DNA of 64,000 bases, from NCBI RefSeq assembly GCF_023055435.1, contig NW_025964112.1, positions 64,046,001 through 64,110,000 of the forward strand, given 5' to 3'. The DNA is from Haliotis rufescens. Its lineage: Eukaryota. A program made the translations under genes and the position numbers. Of the stretch, positions 24,524 to 37,301 are shown in pieces (the stretch's first letter is position 1; the number at the start of each line of letters is the position of its first letter). Under the pieces are notes generated by a model. That model had not been told where the DNA came from, made no database searches, and saw only the letters and a program-made list of their open reading frames with translations.

Positions 24524-27500
24524 ATGATGCTGGTATATTTGACCTTCACCTTGGCGCTGTTGTCGTCTGCTGTGGCGATAAATGGTCCATGTGCCCCAAA
24601 TGAGAATCTACTGACGTTCCTGAAGGCAATCCACAACATCCCGTCCTACAGCACCATGTCTCCCGACAACAAGGTGCTCCTGACCGAGATGGTGTCGGAG
24701 GTGCAGATCTGTCAACTCACAGCCTACGTCAACACCATTGGCTTCAGCAAAGTCCTAGGTTTGCTGGACAGTAAGTAACGACTGGACCGCTGGGATGCCA
24801 TTCATGTAATGGTGGTACAAACCAAACACAATTCCCCGCATGTCATTCATGTGCAGGTGGTACAAACCAAACACAATTCCCCGCATGTCATTCATGTAAT
24901 GGTGGTACAAACCAAACACAATTCCCCGCATGTCATTCATGTAATGGTGGTACAAACCAAACACGATTCCCCGCATGTCATTCATGTGCAGGTGGTACAA
25001 ACCAAACACAATTCCCCGCATGTCATTCATGTAATGGTGGTACAAACCAAACACGATTCCCCGCATGCCATTCATGTAATGGTGGTACAAACCAAACACA
25101 ATTCCCCGCATGTCATTCATGTAATGGTGGTACAAACCAAACACGATTCCCCGCATGTCATTCATGTGCGGGTGGTACAAACCAAACACAATTCCCCGCA
25201 TGTCATTCATGTAATGGTGGTACAAACCAAACACGATTCCCCGCATGTCATTCATGTGCAGGTGGTACATACCAAACACAATTCCCCGCATGTCATTCAT
25301 GTGCGGGTGGTACATACCAAACACAATTCCCCGCATGTCATTCATGTGCAGGTGGTACATACCAAACACAATTCCCCGCATGTCATTCATGTGCGGGTGG
25401 TACAAACCAAACACAATTCCCCGCATGTCATTCATGTGCGGGTGGTACAAACCAAACACAATTCCCCGCATGTCATTCATGTGCTGGTGGTACAAACCAA
25501 ACACGATTCCCCGCATGCCATTCGTGTGCTGGTGGTACATACCAAACACAATTCCCCGCATGTCATTCATGTGCGGGTGGTACAAACCAAACACGATTCC
25601 CCGCATGCCATTCGTGTGCTGGTGGTACATACCAAACACGATTCCCCGCATGCCATTCGTGTGCTGGTGGTACAAACCAAACACACTTCCCCGCATGTCA
25701 TTCATGTGCTGGTGGTACAAACCAAACACAATTCCCCGCATGTCATTCATGTGCGGGTGGTACATACCAAACACAATTCCCCGCATGTCATTCATGTGCA
25801 GGTGGTACAAACCAAACACGATTCCCCGCATGCCATTCATGTGCTGGTACGATTGATAGTTTGTCAATCCTGTAACCAGTGCGACAACCTCCATGTCTAT
25901 CGTGTACTGAACAGTTAGTTATTATCTCGACAACCACCATGTCTATCGTGTACTGAACAGTAAGTTATAATCTCGACAACCACCATGTCTATCGTGTACT
26001 GGACAGTAAGTTATAATCTCGACAACCACCATGTCTATCGTGTACTGAACAGTGAGTTATAATCTCGACAACCACCATGTCTATCGTGTACTGAACATGA
26101 GTTATAATCTCGACAACCACCATGACTATCGTGTACTGAACAGCAAGTTATAATCTCGACAACCACCATGTCTATCGTGTACTGAACAGTGAGTTATAAC
26201 CTCGACAACCACCATGTCTATCGTGTACTGAACAGGTAGTTATAATCTCGACAACCACCATGTCTATCGTGTACTGAACAGCAAGTTATAATCTCAACAA
26301 CCACCATGTCTATCGTGTACTGAACAGGTAGTTATAATCTCGACAACCACCATGTCTATCGTGTACTGAACAGTAAGTTATAACCTCGACAACCACCATG
26401 TCTATCGTGTACTGAACAGTGAGTTATAATCTCGACAACCACCATGTCTATCGTGTACTGAACAGGTAGTTATAATCTCGACAACCACCATGTCTATCGT
26501 GTATTGAACAGTGAGTTATAACCTCGACAACCACCATGTCTATCGTGTACTGTACAGCAAGTTATAACCTCGACAACCACCATGTCTATCGTGTACTGAA
26601 CAGCAAGTTATAACCTCGACAACCACCATGTCTATCGTGTACTGAACAGTGAGTTATAACCTCGACAACCACCATGTCTATTGTGTACTGAACAGCAAGT
26701 TATAACCTCGACAACCACCATGTCTATCGTGTACTGAACAGTAAGTTATAATCTCGACAACCACCATGTCTATCGTGTACTGAACAGTAAGTTATTATCT
26801 CGACAACCACCATGTCTATCGTGTACTGAACAGCAAGTTATAACCTCGACAACCACCATGCCTATCGTGTACTGAACAGTGAGTTATAATCTCGACAACC
26901 ACCATGTCTATCGTGTACTGAACAGGTAGTTATAATCTCGACAACCACCATGTCTATCGTGTATTGAACAGTGAGTTATAACCTCGACAACCACCATGTC
27001 TATCGTGTACTGTACAGCAAGTTATAACCTCGACAACCACCATGTCTATCGTGTACTGAACAGCAAGTTATAATCTCGACAACCACCATGTCTATCGTGT
27101 ACTGAACAGTGAGTTATAACCTCGACAACCACCATGTCTATTGTGTACTGAACAGCAAGTTATAACCTCGACAACCACCATGTCTATCGTGTACTGAACA
27201 GCAAGTTATAACCTCGACAACCACCATGTCTATCGTGTACTGAACAGGTAGTTATAATCTCGACAACCACCATGTCTATCGTGTACTGAACAGTAAGTTA
27301 TTATCTCGACAACCACCATGTCTATCGTGTACTGAACAGCAAGTTATAATCTCGACAACCACCATGTCTATCGTGTACTGAACAGGTAGTTATAACCTCG
27401 ACAACCACCATGTCTATCGTGTACTGAACAGTAAGTTATAACCTCGACAACCACCATGTCTATCGTGTACTGAGCAGTGAGTTATAACCTCGACAACCAC

Positions 27501-29854
27501 CAAGTCTATCGTGTACTGAACAGTGAGTTATAACCTCGACAACCACCATGTCTATCGTGTACTGAACAGGTAGTTATAATCTCGACAACCACCATGTCTA
27601 TCGTGTACTGAACAGCAAGTTATAATCTCGACAACCACCATGTCTATCGTGTACTGAACAGCAAGTTATAATCTCGACAACCACCATGTCTATCGTGTAC
27701 TGAACAGCAAGTTATAATCTCGACAACCACCATGTCTATCGTGTATTGAACAGCAAGTTATAATCTCGACAACCACCATGTCTATCGTGTACTGAACAGG
27801 TAGTTATAATCTCGACAACCACCATGTCTATCGTGTACTGAACAGTGAGTTATAACCTCGACAACCACCAAGTCTATCGTGTACTGAACAGTGAGTTATA
27901 ACCTCGACAACCACCAAGTCTATCGTGTACTGAACAGGTAGTTATAACCTCGACAACCACCATGTCTATCGTGTACTGAACATTAAGTTATAACCTCGAC
28001 AACCACCATGTCTATCGTGTACTGAGCAGTGAGTTATAACCTCGACAACCACCAAGTCTATCGTGTACTGAACAGTGAGTTATAACCTCGACAACCACCA
28101 TGTCTATCGTGTACTGAACAGTGAGTTATAATCTCGACAACCACCATGTCTATCGTGTACTGAACAGCAAGTTATAATCTCGACAACCACCATGTCTATC
28201 GTGTACTGAACAGCAAGTTATAATCTCGACAACCACCATGTCTATCGTGTACTGAACAGCAAGTTATAATCTCGACAACCACCATGTCTATCGTGTATTG
28301 AACAGCAAGTTATAATCTCGACAACCACCATGTCTATCGTGTACTGAACAGGTAGTTATAATCTCGACAACCACCATGTCTATCGTGTACTGAACAGCAA
28401 GTTATAATCTCGACAACCACCATGTCTATCGTGTACTGAACAGGTAGTTATAATCTCGACAACCACCATGTCTATCGTGTACTGAACAGGTAGTTATAAT
28501 CTCGACAACCACCATGTCTATCGTGTACTGAACAGTGAGTTATAACCTCGACAACCACCATGTCTATCGTGTACTGAACAGCAAGTTATAACCTCGACAA
28601 CCACCATGTCTATCGTGTACTGAACAGTAAGTTATAACCTCGACAACCACCATGTCTATCGTGTACTGAACAGGTAGTTATAATCTCGACAACCACCATG
28701 TCTATCGTGTACTGAACAGTGAGTTATAACCTCGACAACCACCATGTCTATCGTGTACTGAACAGTGAGTTATAACCTCGACAACCACCATGTCTATCGT
28801 GTACTGAACAGTAAGTTATAACCTCGACAACCACCATGTCTATCGTGTACTGAACAGTAAGTTATAATCTCGACAACCACCATGTCTATCGTGCACTGAA
28901 CAGCAAGTTATAATCTCGACAACCACCATGTCTATCGTATACTGAACAGCAAGTTATAATCTCGACAACCACCATGTCTATCGTGTACTGAACAGCAAGT
29001 TATAACCTCGACAACCACCATGTCTATCGTGTACTGAACAGTAAGTTATAATCTCGACAACCACCATGTCTATCGTGTACTGAACAGCAAGTTATAACCT
29101 CGACAACCACCATGTCTAGCATGATCTTGCATTGGTGAGGAATGATTCGGACAAACCAATTATGGATAAAAAGTTCAGACAGACAGATTTATTTCAGGCC
29201 AATTGTAGAATGACATTTTGTTGTGGGTAAATTCGACATGGAGCACCATTTGTATGTTGAATCTGAACAGATTTACACATCTGTGATTTATTAATATTCC
29301 ATGAATCATGTTTCTTATAAATACCTGATAATGATTATGTACAGTAATTCCCTGTTCGTCGTGTCATGACGTGTCAAACTACTGCCTTTACAGGTCTAAC
29401 CCCACAGGAAGCCCATCTGTTGAATTCCTACCTCGTGAAGGTGAGTGTTAGCAGGACATGGGCTCTCGTCCATGTGTTCTCTTACAGAAAACGTCATTTC
29501 TGTTGATATTTTTTTGTCTTTGTGCTTACGTTGTGTAGGGCGATGTGTATTTAGAAGTAGGGGTTTCGTTAGCTTTACGAACCGCGGCGAGAGGCTGTGT
29601 TTTTTTATTCTCACACTGTATTTTGTAACCTATTCTTTATTCCACAGTGCGATTGTACTACCGACGACTTCACATAACGTTATTTAACACACAATAGCTT
29701 CTAGTTGTAAGATTGTGCATTGTGACTTGCCGTTCTTTGTGTGTTCATCGCATGTGTTAAGTTTACTATTTGATTTCAGCACCTTAACATTGAGAAGGCT
29801 GTTAGCGACAAGCTTCACCATACAACAACTCGTCCGCCCACCCCTCACCACTGA
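24524..29854 (+). CDS. Small secreted protein of unknown family, paralogue A, 122 aa; exons 24524-24770, 29394-29440, 29780-29854
   Basis: Signal peptide MMLVYLTFTLALLSSAVA; GT-AG introns of phase 1 and 0; same exon layout as paralogue B (47-nt exon 2) and 51/84 identical residues in the mature core; AATAAA at 29916-29921. Confidence 0.88.
24794..25849. repeat. 45-bp satellite ATGTCATTCATGTAATGGTGGTACAAACCAAACACAATTCCCCGC (about 23 copies)
   Basis: Tandem copies in intron 1 of paralogue A. Confidence 0.95.
25882..29118. repeat. 46-bp satellite GTACTGAACAGTAAGTTATAATCTCGACAACCACCATGTCTATCGT (about 70 copies)
   Basis: Tandem copies in intron 1 of paralogue A. Confidence 0.95.
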
Positions 29855-30118
29855 TACACGGGGACACGAGTTCCCAGAGAGCTAATGCTACACCTGAAAG
29901 AAGAGCATTTGAAGAAATAAATGACAGAAAAAGAACATGTTCTTTCTTTTGTTTTCAGCCCTGGTAATTGGGTAGTATATAGATGGTACCCACCTACTAG
30001 TTATAACTGTACACTTTTTTGAAATTCATCGTGATTATAAAGATACCTATCACACTGTTTTCAAGGGACGGTTATTTTTCTGTGTGTTACCTGTCGACAT
30101 TTGTACGTAAAAGAATTC

Positions 30119-32582
30119 AGTGTATGTCCTATCTGATTCCCGACCCTAGTATGTCCTATCTGATTCCTGATACCTGACCCTAGTATGTCCTATCTGATTC
30201 CCGACCCTAGTATGTCCTATCTGATTCCCGACCCTAGTATGTCCTATCTGATACCTGACCCTAGTATGTCCTATCTGATTCCCGACCCTAGTATGTCCTA
30301 TCTGATACCTGACCCTAGTATGTCCTATCTGATTCCTGACCCTAGTATGTCCTATCTGATTCCCGACCCTAGTATGTCCTATCTGATTCCTGATACCTGA
30401 CCCTAGTATGTCCTATCTGATTCCCGACCCTATTATGTCCTATCTGATTCCTGATACCTGACCCTAGTATGTCCTATCTGATTCCCGACCCTAGTATGTC
30501 CTATCTGATTCCCGACCCTAGTATGTCCTATCTGATTCCTGATACCCGACCCTAGTATGTCCTATCTGATTCCCGACCCCAGTATGTCCTATCTGATTCC
30601 TGATACCTGACCCTAGTATGTCCTATCTGATTCCTGATACCCGACCCTAGTATGTCCTATCTGATTCCTGATACCTGACCCTAGTATGTCCTATCTGATT
30701 CCCGACCCTAGTATGTCCTATCTGATTCCCGACCCTAGTATGTCCTATCTGATTCCCGACCCTAGTATGTCCTATCTGATTCCTGATACCTGACCCTAGT
30801 ATGTCCTATCTGATTCCCGACCCTAGTATGTCCTATCTGATTCCTGATACCTGACCCTAGTATGTCCTATCTGATTCCCGACCCTAGTATGTCCTATCTG
30901 ATTCCCGACCCTAGTATGTCCTATCTGATTCCCGACCCTAGTATGTCCTATCTGATTCCTGATACCTGACCCTAGTATGTCCTATCTGATTCCCGACCCT
31001 AGTATGTCCTATCTGATTCCCGACCCTAGTATGTCCTATCTGATTCCTGATACCCGACCCTAGTATGTCCTATCTGATTCCCGACCCCAGTATGTCCTAT
31101 CTGATACCTGACCCCAGTATGTCCTATCTGATTCCTGATACCTGACCCTAGTATGTCCTATCTGATTCCCGACCCTAGTATGTCCTATCTGATTCCCGAC
31201 CCTAGTATGTCCTATCTGATACCTGACCCTAGTATGTCCTATCTGATTCCCGACCCTAGTATGTCCTATCTGATTCCTGATACCTGACCCTAGTATGTCC
31301 TATCTGATTCCTGATACCCGACCCTAGTATGTCCTATCTGATTCCCGACCCCAGTATGTCCTATCTGATTCCCGACCCTAGTATGTCCTATCTGATTCCC
31401 GACCCTAGTATGTCCTATCTGATTCCCGACCCTAGTATGTCCTATCTGATTCCCGACCCTAGTATGTCCTATCTGATACCTGACCCTAGTATGTCCTATC
31501 TGATTCCCGACCCTAGTATGTCCTATCTGATGCCTGACCCTAGTATGTCCTATCTGATTCCCGACCCTAGTATGTCCTATCTGATGCCTGACCCCAGTAT
31601 GTCCTATCTGATTCCCGACCCTAGTATGTCCTATCTGATTCCCGACCCTAGTATGTCCTATCTGATTCCTGATTCCTGACCCTAGTATGTCCTATCTGAT
31701 TCCCGACCCTAGTATGTCCTATCTGATTCCTGATACCTGACCCTAGTATGTCCTATCTGATTCCCGACCCTAGTATGTCCTATCTGATTCCCGACCCTAG
31801 TATGTCCTATCTGATTCCCGACCCTAGTATGTCCTATCTGATTCCTGATTCCTGACCCTAGTATGTCCTATCTGATTCCCGACCCTAGTATGTCCTATCT
31901 GATTCCTGATACCTGACCCTAGTATGTCCTATCTGATTCCCGACCCTAGTATGTCCTATCTGATGCCTGACCCTAGTATGTCCTATCTGATTCCCGACCC
32001 TAGTATGTCCTATCTGATGCCTGACCCCAGTATGTCCTATCTGATTCCCGACCCTAGTATGTCCTATCTGATTCCCGACCCTAGTATGTCCTATCTGATT
32101 CCCGACCCTAGTATGTCCTATCTGATTCCTGATACCTGACCCTAGTATGTCCTATCTGATTCCCGACCCTAGTATGTCCTATCTGATTCCCGACCCTAGT
32201 ATGTCCTATCTGATTCCTGATACCTGACCCTAGTATGTCCTATCTGATTCCCGACCCCAGTATGTCCTATCTGATTCCTGATACCTGACCCTAGTATGTC
32301 CTATCTGATTCCCGACCCTAGTATGTCCTATCTGATTCCCGACCCTAGTATGTCCTATCTGATACCTGACCCTAGTATGTCCTATCTGATTCCCGACCCT
32401 AGTATGTCCTATCTGATTCCTGATACCTGACCCTAGTACGTCCTATCTGATTCCTGATACCTGACCCTAGTATGTCCTATCTGATTCCCGACCCTAGTAT
32501 GTCCTATCTGATTCCTGACCCTAGTATGTCCTATCTGATTCCCGACCCTAGTATGTCCTATCTGATTCCCGACCCTAGTATG
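30119..32582. repeat. 27/34-bp satellite AGTATGTCCTATCTGATTCCCGACCCT (variant with extra TGATACC)
   Basis: Tandem copies of two length variants. Confidence 0.95.
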
Positions 32583-33207
32583 TCGTCGTAGCTGTTGCCT
32601 GTCTTAGGCACGTCGTAGCTGTTGCCTGTCTTAGGCACGTCGTAGCTGTTGCATGTCCAAGGAACATCGTAGCTGCTGTCTGTGTTAGGCACGTCGTACC
32701 TGCTGCCTGTTAGGCACGTCGTAGCTGCTGCCTGTACTAGGAACGTCGTAGCTGCTGTCTGTCCTAGGCACGTCGTAGCTGCTGCCTATCCTAGGCACGT
32801 CGTAGCTGCTGCCTGTCCTAGGCACGTCGTAGCTGCTGCCTGTCCTAGGCACGTCGTAGCTGCTGCCTGTTAGGCACGTCGTAGCTGCTGCCTGTCCTAG
32901 GCACGTCGTAGCTGCTGCCTGTACTAGGAACGTCGTAGCTGCTGTCTGTCCTAGGCACGTCGTAGCTGCTGCCTATCCTAGGCACGTCGTAGCTGCTGCC
33001 TGACCTAGGCACGTCGTAGCTGCTGCCTGTCCTAGGAACGTCGTAGCTGCTGTCTGTTCTAGGCACGTCGTAGCTGCTGCCTGTCCTAGGCACGTCGTAG
33101 CTGCTGCCTGTTAGGCACGTCGTAGCTGCTGCCTGTCCTAGGCACGTCGTAGCTGCTGCCTGTCCTAGGAACGTCGTAGCTGCTGTCTGTCCTAGGCATA
33201 TCGTAGT
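32583..33207. repeat. 27-bp satellite AGGCACGTCGTAGCTGCTGCCTGTCCT
   Basis: Tandem copies abutting the previous array. Confidence 0.95.
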
Positions 33208-33972
33208 CCCATGTTCTCTTTGATCATGGTCATGGCTTGAAATCGAAGTTTGAACTTTCTTTGCAGTAAGGAACCCGCATTACAGTCGTACTGTTTTATA
33301 TACTGTTATCTCAGTGACACCAATGACATCTTGCCTGTACTGAAGCAGTGCATCGCTACCATCTCCTGCAGTACAGCAACGCCCTATCGTATTGGTGCTG
33401 CGGCGTGGTATCTCAGTGAGCTAGCACTATAAATCTGCATCAGTCCGGACTAGTACAAGCAGCCATACAAACACATACACGTACATGCACGTCGCTATAT
33501 AAGTGCAATAATCTTGGACGCGACGTTAAACCCCATTTCACCTCACCTCACTATCGTATTGGTGCTGCGTATGAACATTGAACTGTTTGGAAGGGGCACT
33601 GGTCAGATTGAATTAGAGAAAGGTTTCCAGTATGAAATCGACCACTGAGGATTATGAACTCACTTAGGCAGGAACAGAACACACCTTTCAGTTCCCTTTT
33701 ACTGCGGGAACATAACCAACACGTTTACACGTCGACTTTATCAGTGTTTTTCCACAAACAAACCAGATAACGGGCAACATTCCAGTCTGTCAGTTCACAC
33801 ACTATCACCACTGATCTACTTCTTTATATTGAACCAACACAGCGGGTCGTATATTCTCAGCCGAATCCAGTACAGGTAAATGAAGTCCACAGCATCTCCT
33901 TGAAAAAGACAATGTGTGACAGGGTGTGACAATGTGTGACAATGTGACCATATAACATATCATACATCCATG

Positions 33973-34224
33973 ACACGTGTGGCCTAGTCGTCTAAGGCGC
34001 TGCAATTAGCTGTACAGAGTTGCGTCTCTTGGGCACGCCAGAAACCTATGATTGTGGGTTCACCCAATCTATGTTTCTAGGTTTGTTAGAACCATACCCG
34101 TACTCGTGGCTTTCACCGAAGTTGTAAACATCTGAGACCTGAATCACTTCGGGCTTTCTTCCCACGCTGTGATATAAATGGAATACTGTTAAAAACGGCG
34201 TTAAACCGAACTCACTCACTCACT
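33973..34224 (+). mobile_element. SINE family A copy directly upstream of the paralogue B acceptor
   Basis: Aligns to 2703-2979 with small deletions. Confidence 0.85.
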
Positions 34225-34271
34225 CTTTTGTCCCTGCAGCGTCACACCTCAGCATCTCTCTTCTATCCACA

Positions 34272-37200
34272 ATGATCCCGTACGTGGTTCTGGCGCTACT
34301 GCTGTCAACGGCTGCTGCTTCTGGGCCCTGCGCCCCGAACGAGGACCTCCTCAAACTGCTGAAAGGCATCCATGCAGCCCCATCGTACAACACAATGTCG
34401 GCTGCCAACAAGGCGCTTATCCCTGAGCTGATTGGCGCATCTGAATCCTGTCAGCTGACGGCGTATATCTACACCGTGGGCTTCCATAAAGTCCTGGATT
34501 TGTTGGACAGTAAGTAATGGTATATTTGACTTCCATACTGTTCCGAATGACGCGGGGGCGGTCGGGTAGCCTCGTGGTTAAAGCGTTCGCTCGTCACGCC
34601 GAAGACCCGGGTTCGATTCCCGACATGGGTACAATGTGTGAAGCCCATTTCTGGTGTCCCCCGCCGTGATGTTGCTGGAACATTGCTACAAAACGGCGTA
34701 AAACCATACTCACTCACTCACTCCGAATGGTGTGAGTATTTGTTGACATGGCCCTTGTGGTCTGACATCCAGTCCCGGACTCCATTGACGCATGGTTTAT
34801 ATATTTTTGTTCATGGGGAGTCCATTCTTGGCGCTGTTGACTTTGTGTACTGAATGGCGTATGACGAGCGAGCATCTGGAAATGGCTGCCGATCAGAGCT
34901 GGATACGTTCGCTATTGGAACATTAATAGATGTGTTTATCACGGCTCTAGCACTTGACAACAACTTATCAAACATTATGAGATCTATTTCAGAGCACATT
35001 TAATGAAATTGTTTGTTTGTTATTTAACGCCACCCTCAGGTATACATGACGACGGTCTGTAAATAATCGATCGAGTCTGTAGCAGACAATCCAGTGATTG
35101 AAATCATGATCATCGATCCACCGAATTGGGATACGGTGACATGCATCAACCAAGTCAGCGAGCCTGACAACCCGATCTCGTTAGTCGCCTCTTACGACAA
35201 GCATAGTAACGGCAAGCCTGGGTTGCTGATGACAAGTATACCACAGTAATACACTACCACTGTGTAACAAAAATGAGCTGAATCGCCCAGTTCCAAATTT
35301 AAATGAAATATCTAATCTACAGTTGGATTATCTCAAATTCAAAACACAGGAGGTTTATCTTCTAGCTGACTGTGTGTACTGATAGTGATACCTATCGTTA
35401 TTAACATGAGATCAGACCAAGTAATAGATTATAATACGGAATGGCGTTTGTTTCGTCTGTGTAATTGTTATTTATTATTGTCATTCACTCCGTAGATATG
35501 TTGCCGGAGTAGAAATGTATCTACACCAGTTAAAACCCGATATTTCACCGTGATGCATGCTCGACTGTGACTGTTCCTCTCCGCAGGTGTGACGCCAGGT
35601 GAAGCTCACTTCTTGAACAACTACCTGTCAGCGGTAAGTACAGGTGAAACTCACTTCTTGAACACCTACCTGTCAGCGGTAAGTACAGGTGAAGCTCACT
35701 TCTTGAACACCTACCTGTCAGCAGTAAGTACAGGTGAAATTCACTTTTTGAGCACCTGCCTGTTAGCGGTAAGTACAGGTGAAACTCACTTCTTGAACAC
35801 CTACCTGTCAGCGGTAAGTACAGGTGAAACTCACTTCTTGAACACCTACCTGTCAGCAGTAAGTACAGGTGAAACTCACTTCTTGAAATCTACCTGTCAG
35901 CGGTAAGTACAGGTGAAACTCACTTCTTGAACACCTACCTGTCAGCGGTAAGTACAGGTGAAACTCACTTCTTGAACACCTTCCTGTCAGCGGTAAGTAC
36001 AGGTGAAACTCACTTCTTGAACACCTACCTGTCAGCGGTAAGTACAGGTGAAACTCACTTCTTGAACACCTACCTGTCAGCGGTAAGTACAGGTGAAACT
36101 CACTTCTTGAGCACCTACCTGTCAGCGGTAAGTACAGGTGAAACTCACTTCTTGAGCACCTACCTGTCAGCGGTAAGTACAGGTGAAACTCACTTCTTGA
36201 ACACCTACCTGTCAGCGGTAAGTACAGGTGAAACTCACTTCTTGAATACCTACCTGTCAGCGGTAAGTACAGGGGAAACTCACTTCTTGAGCACCTACCT
36301 GTCAGCGGCGGTAAGTACAGGGGAAACTCACTTCTTGAGCACCTACCTGTCAGCGGTAAGTACAGGTGAAACTCACTTCTTGAATACCTACCTGTCAGCG
36401 GTAAGTACAGGTGAAGCTCACTTCTTTAACACCTACCTGTCAGCGGTAAGTACAGGTGAAACTCACTTCTTGAGCACCTACCTGTCAGCGGTAAGTACAG
36501 GTGAAACTCACTTCTTGAGCACCTACCTGTCAGCGGTAAGTACAGGTGAAACTCACTTCTTGAGCACCTACCTGTCAGCGGTAAGTACAGGTGAAACTCA
36601 CTTCTTGAACACCTACCTGTCAGCGGTAAGTACAGGTGAAAACTCACTTCTTGAATACCTACCTGTCAGCGGTAAGTACAGGTGAAACTCACTTCTTGAG
36701 CACCTACATGTCAGCGGTAAGTACAGGTGAAACTCACTTCTTGAGCACCTACCTGTCAGCGGTAAGTACAGGTGAAACTCACTTCTTGAACCCCTACCTG
36801 TCAGCGGTAAGTACAGGTGAAGCTCACTTCTTTAACACCTACCTGTCAGCGGTAAGTACAGGTGAAACTCACTTCTTGAGCACCTACCTGTCAGCGGTAA
36901 GTACAGGTGAAACTTACTTCTTGAACACCTACCTGTCAGCGGTAAGTACAGGTGAAACTCACTTCTTGAGCACCTACCTGTCAGCAGTAAGTACAGGTGA
37001 AACTCACTTCTTGAACACCTACCTGCCAGCGGTAAGTACAGGTGAAGCTCACTTCTTGAACATCTACCTGTCAGCGGTAAGTACAGGTGAAACTCACTTC
37101 TTGAACATCTACCCGACAGATGGTACCCAGCTGATTTAAGAAGGCTCATGTTTCTTGCGAAATCTCGATATGTAGTCACGTGATGACATTGTCAGACGCA

Positions 37201-37301
37201 ACGATTCATTAAGTTTGTTGTGTTTGTTCCAGCATCTCAAGTTTGAGCAGTCCCTGGCTGGGTTGTACACAACAGCCAAACCTGCACCTACTCACTCATA
37301 G
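34272..37301 (+). CDS. Small secreted protein of unknown family, paralogue B, 117 aa (shortest isoform); exons 34272-34509, 35587-35633, 37233-37301
   Basis: Signal peptide MIPYVVLALLLSTAAA; GPCAPNE...CQLTAY...KVL.LLDS.TP.EAH.LN.YL..HL..E is shared with paralogue A; identical intron positions and phases. Confidence 0.88.
34554..34721 (+). mobile_element. SINE family B, full length
   Basis: A and B boxes, (ACTC)n tail, TSD TCCGAATG. Confidence 0.9.
35009..35232 (-). mobile_element. Family C copy
   Basis: Aligns to family C. Confidence 0.8.
35596..37112 (+). repeat. 45-bp array of exon-2/splice-donor units CAGGTGAAACTCACTTCTTGAACACCTACCTGTCAGCGGTAAGTA (33 donors)
   Basis: The first unit is the real exon 2 of paralogue B; donors run from 35634 to 37077. 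Confidence 0.95.

Noticed and set aside
24755-25918. 379-, 369- and 203-aa His/Met-rich ORFs on both strands
   Set aside because: A 45-bp satellite without stops inside intron 1 of paralogue A; open in several frames and not connected in frame to exon 1, which reads into TAA.
25882-29118. Possible CRISPR array (also the other regular arrays)
   Set aside because: Head-to-tail repeats with no unique spacers, no cas genes, and a eukaryotic context.
34554-34630. tRNA gene (also at 4739, 2703 and 63356)
   Set aside because: tRNA-like heads continue into SINE bodies with tails and TSDs; no intact cloverleaf or poly-T terminator.
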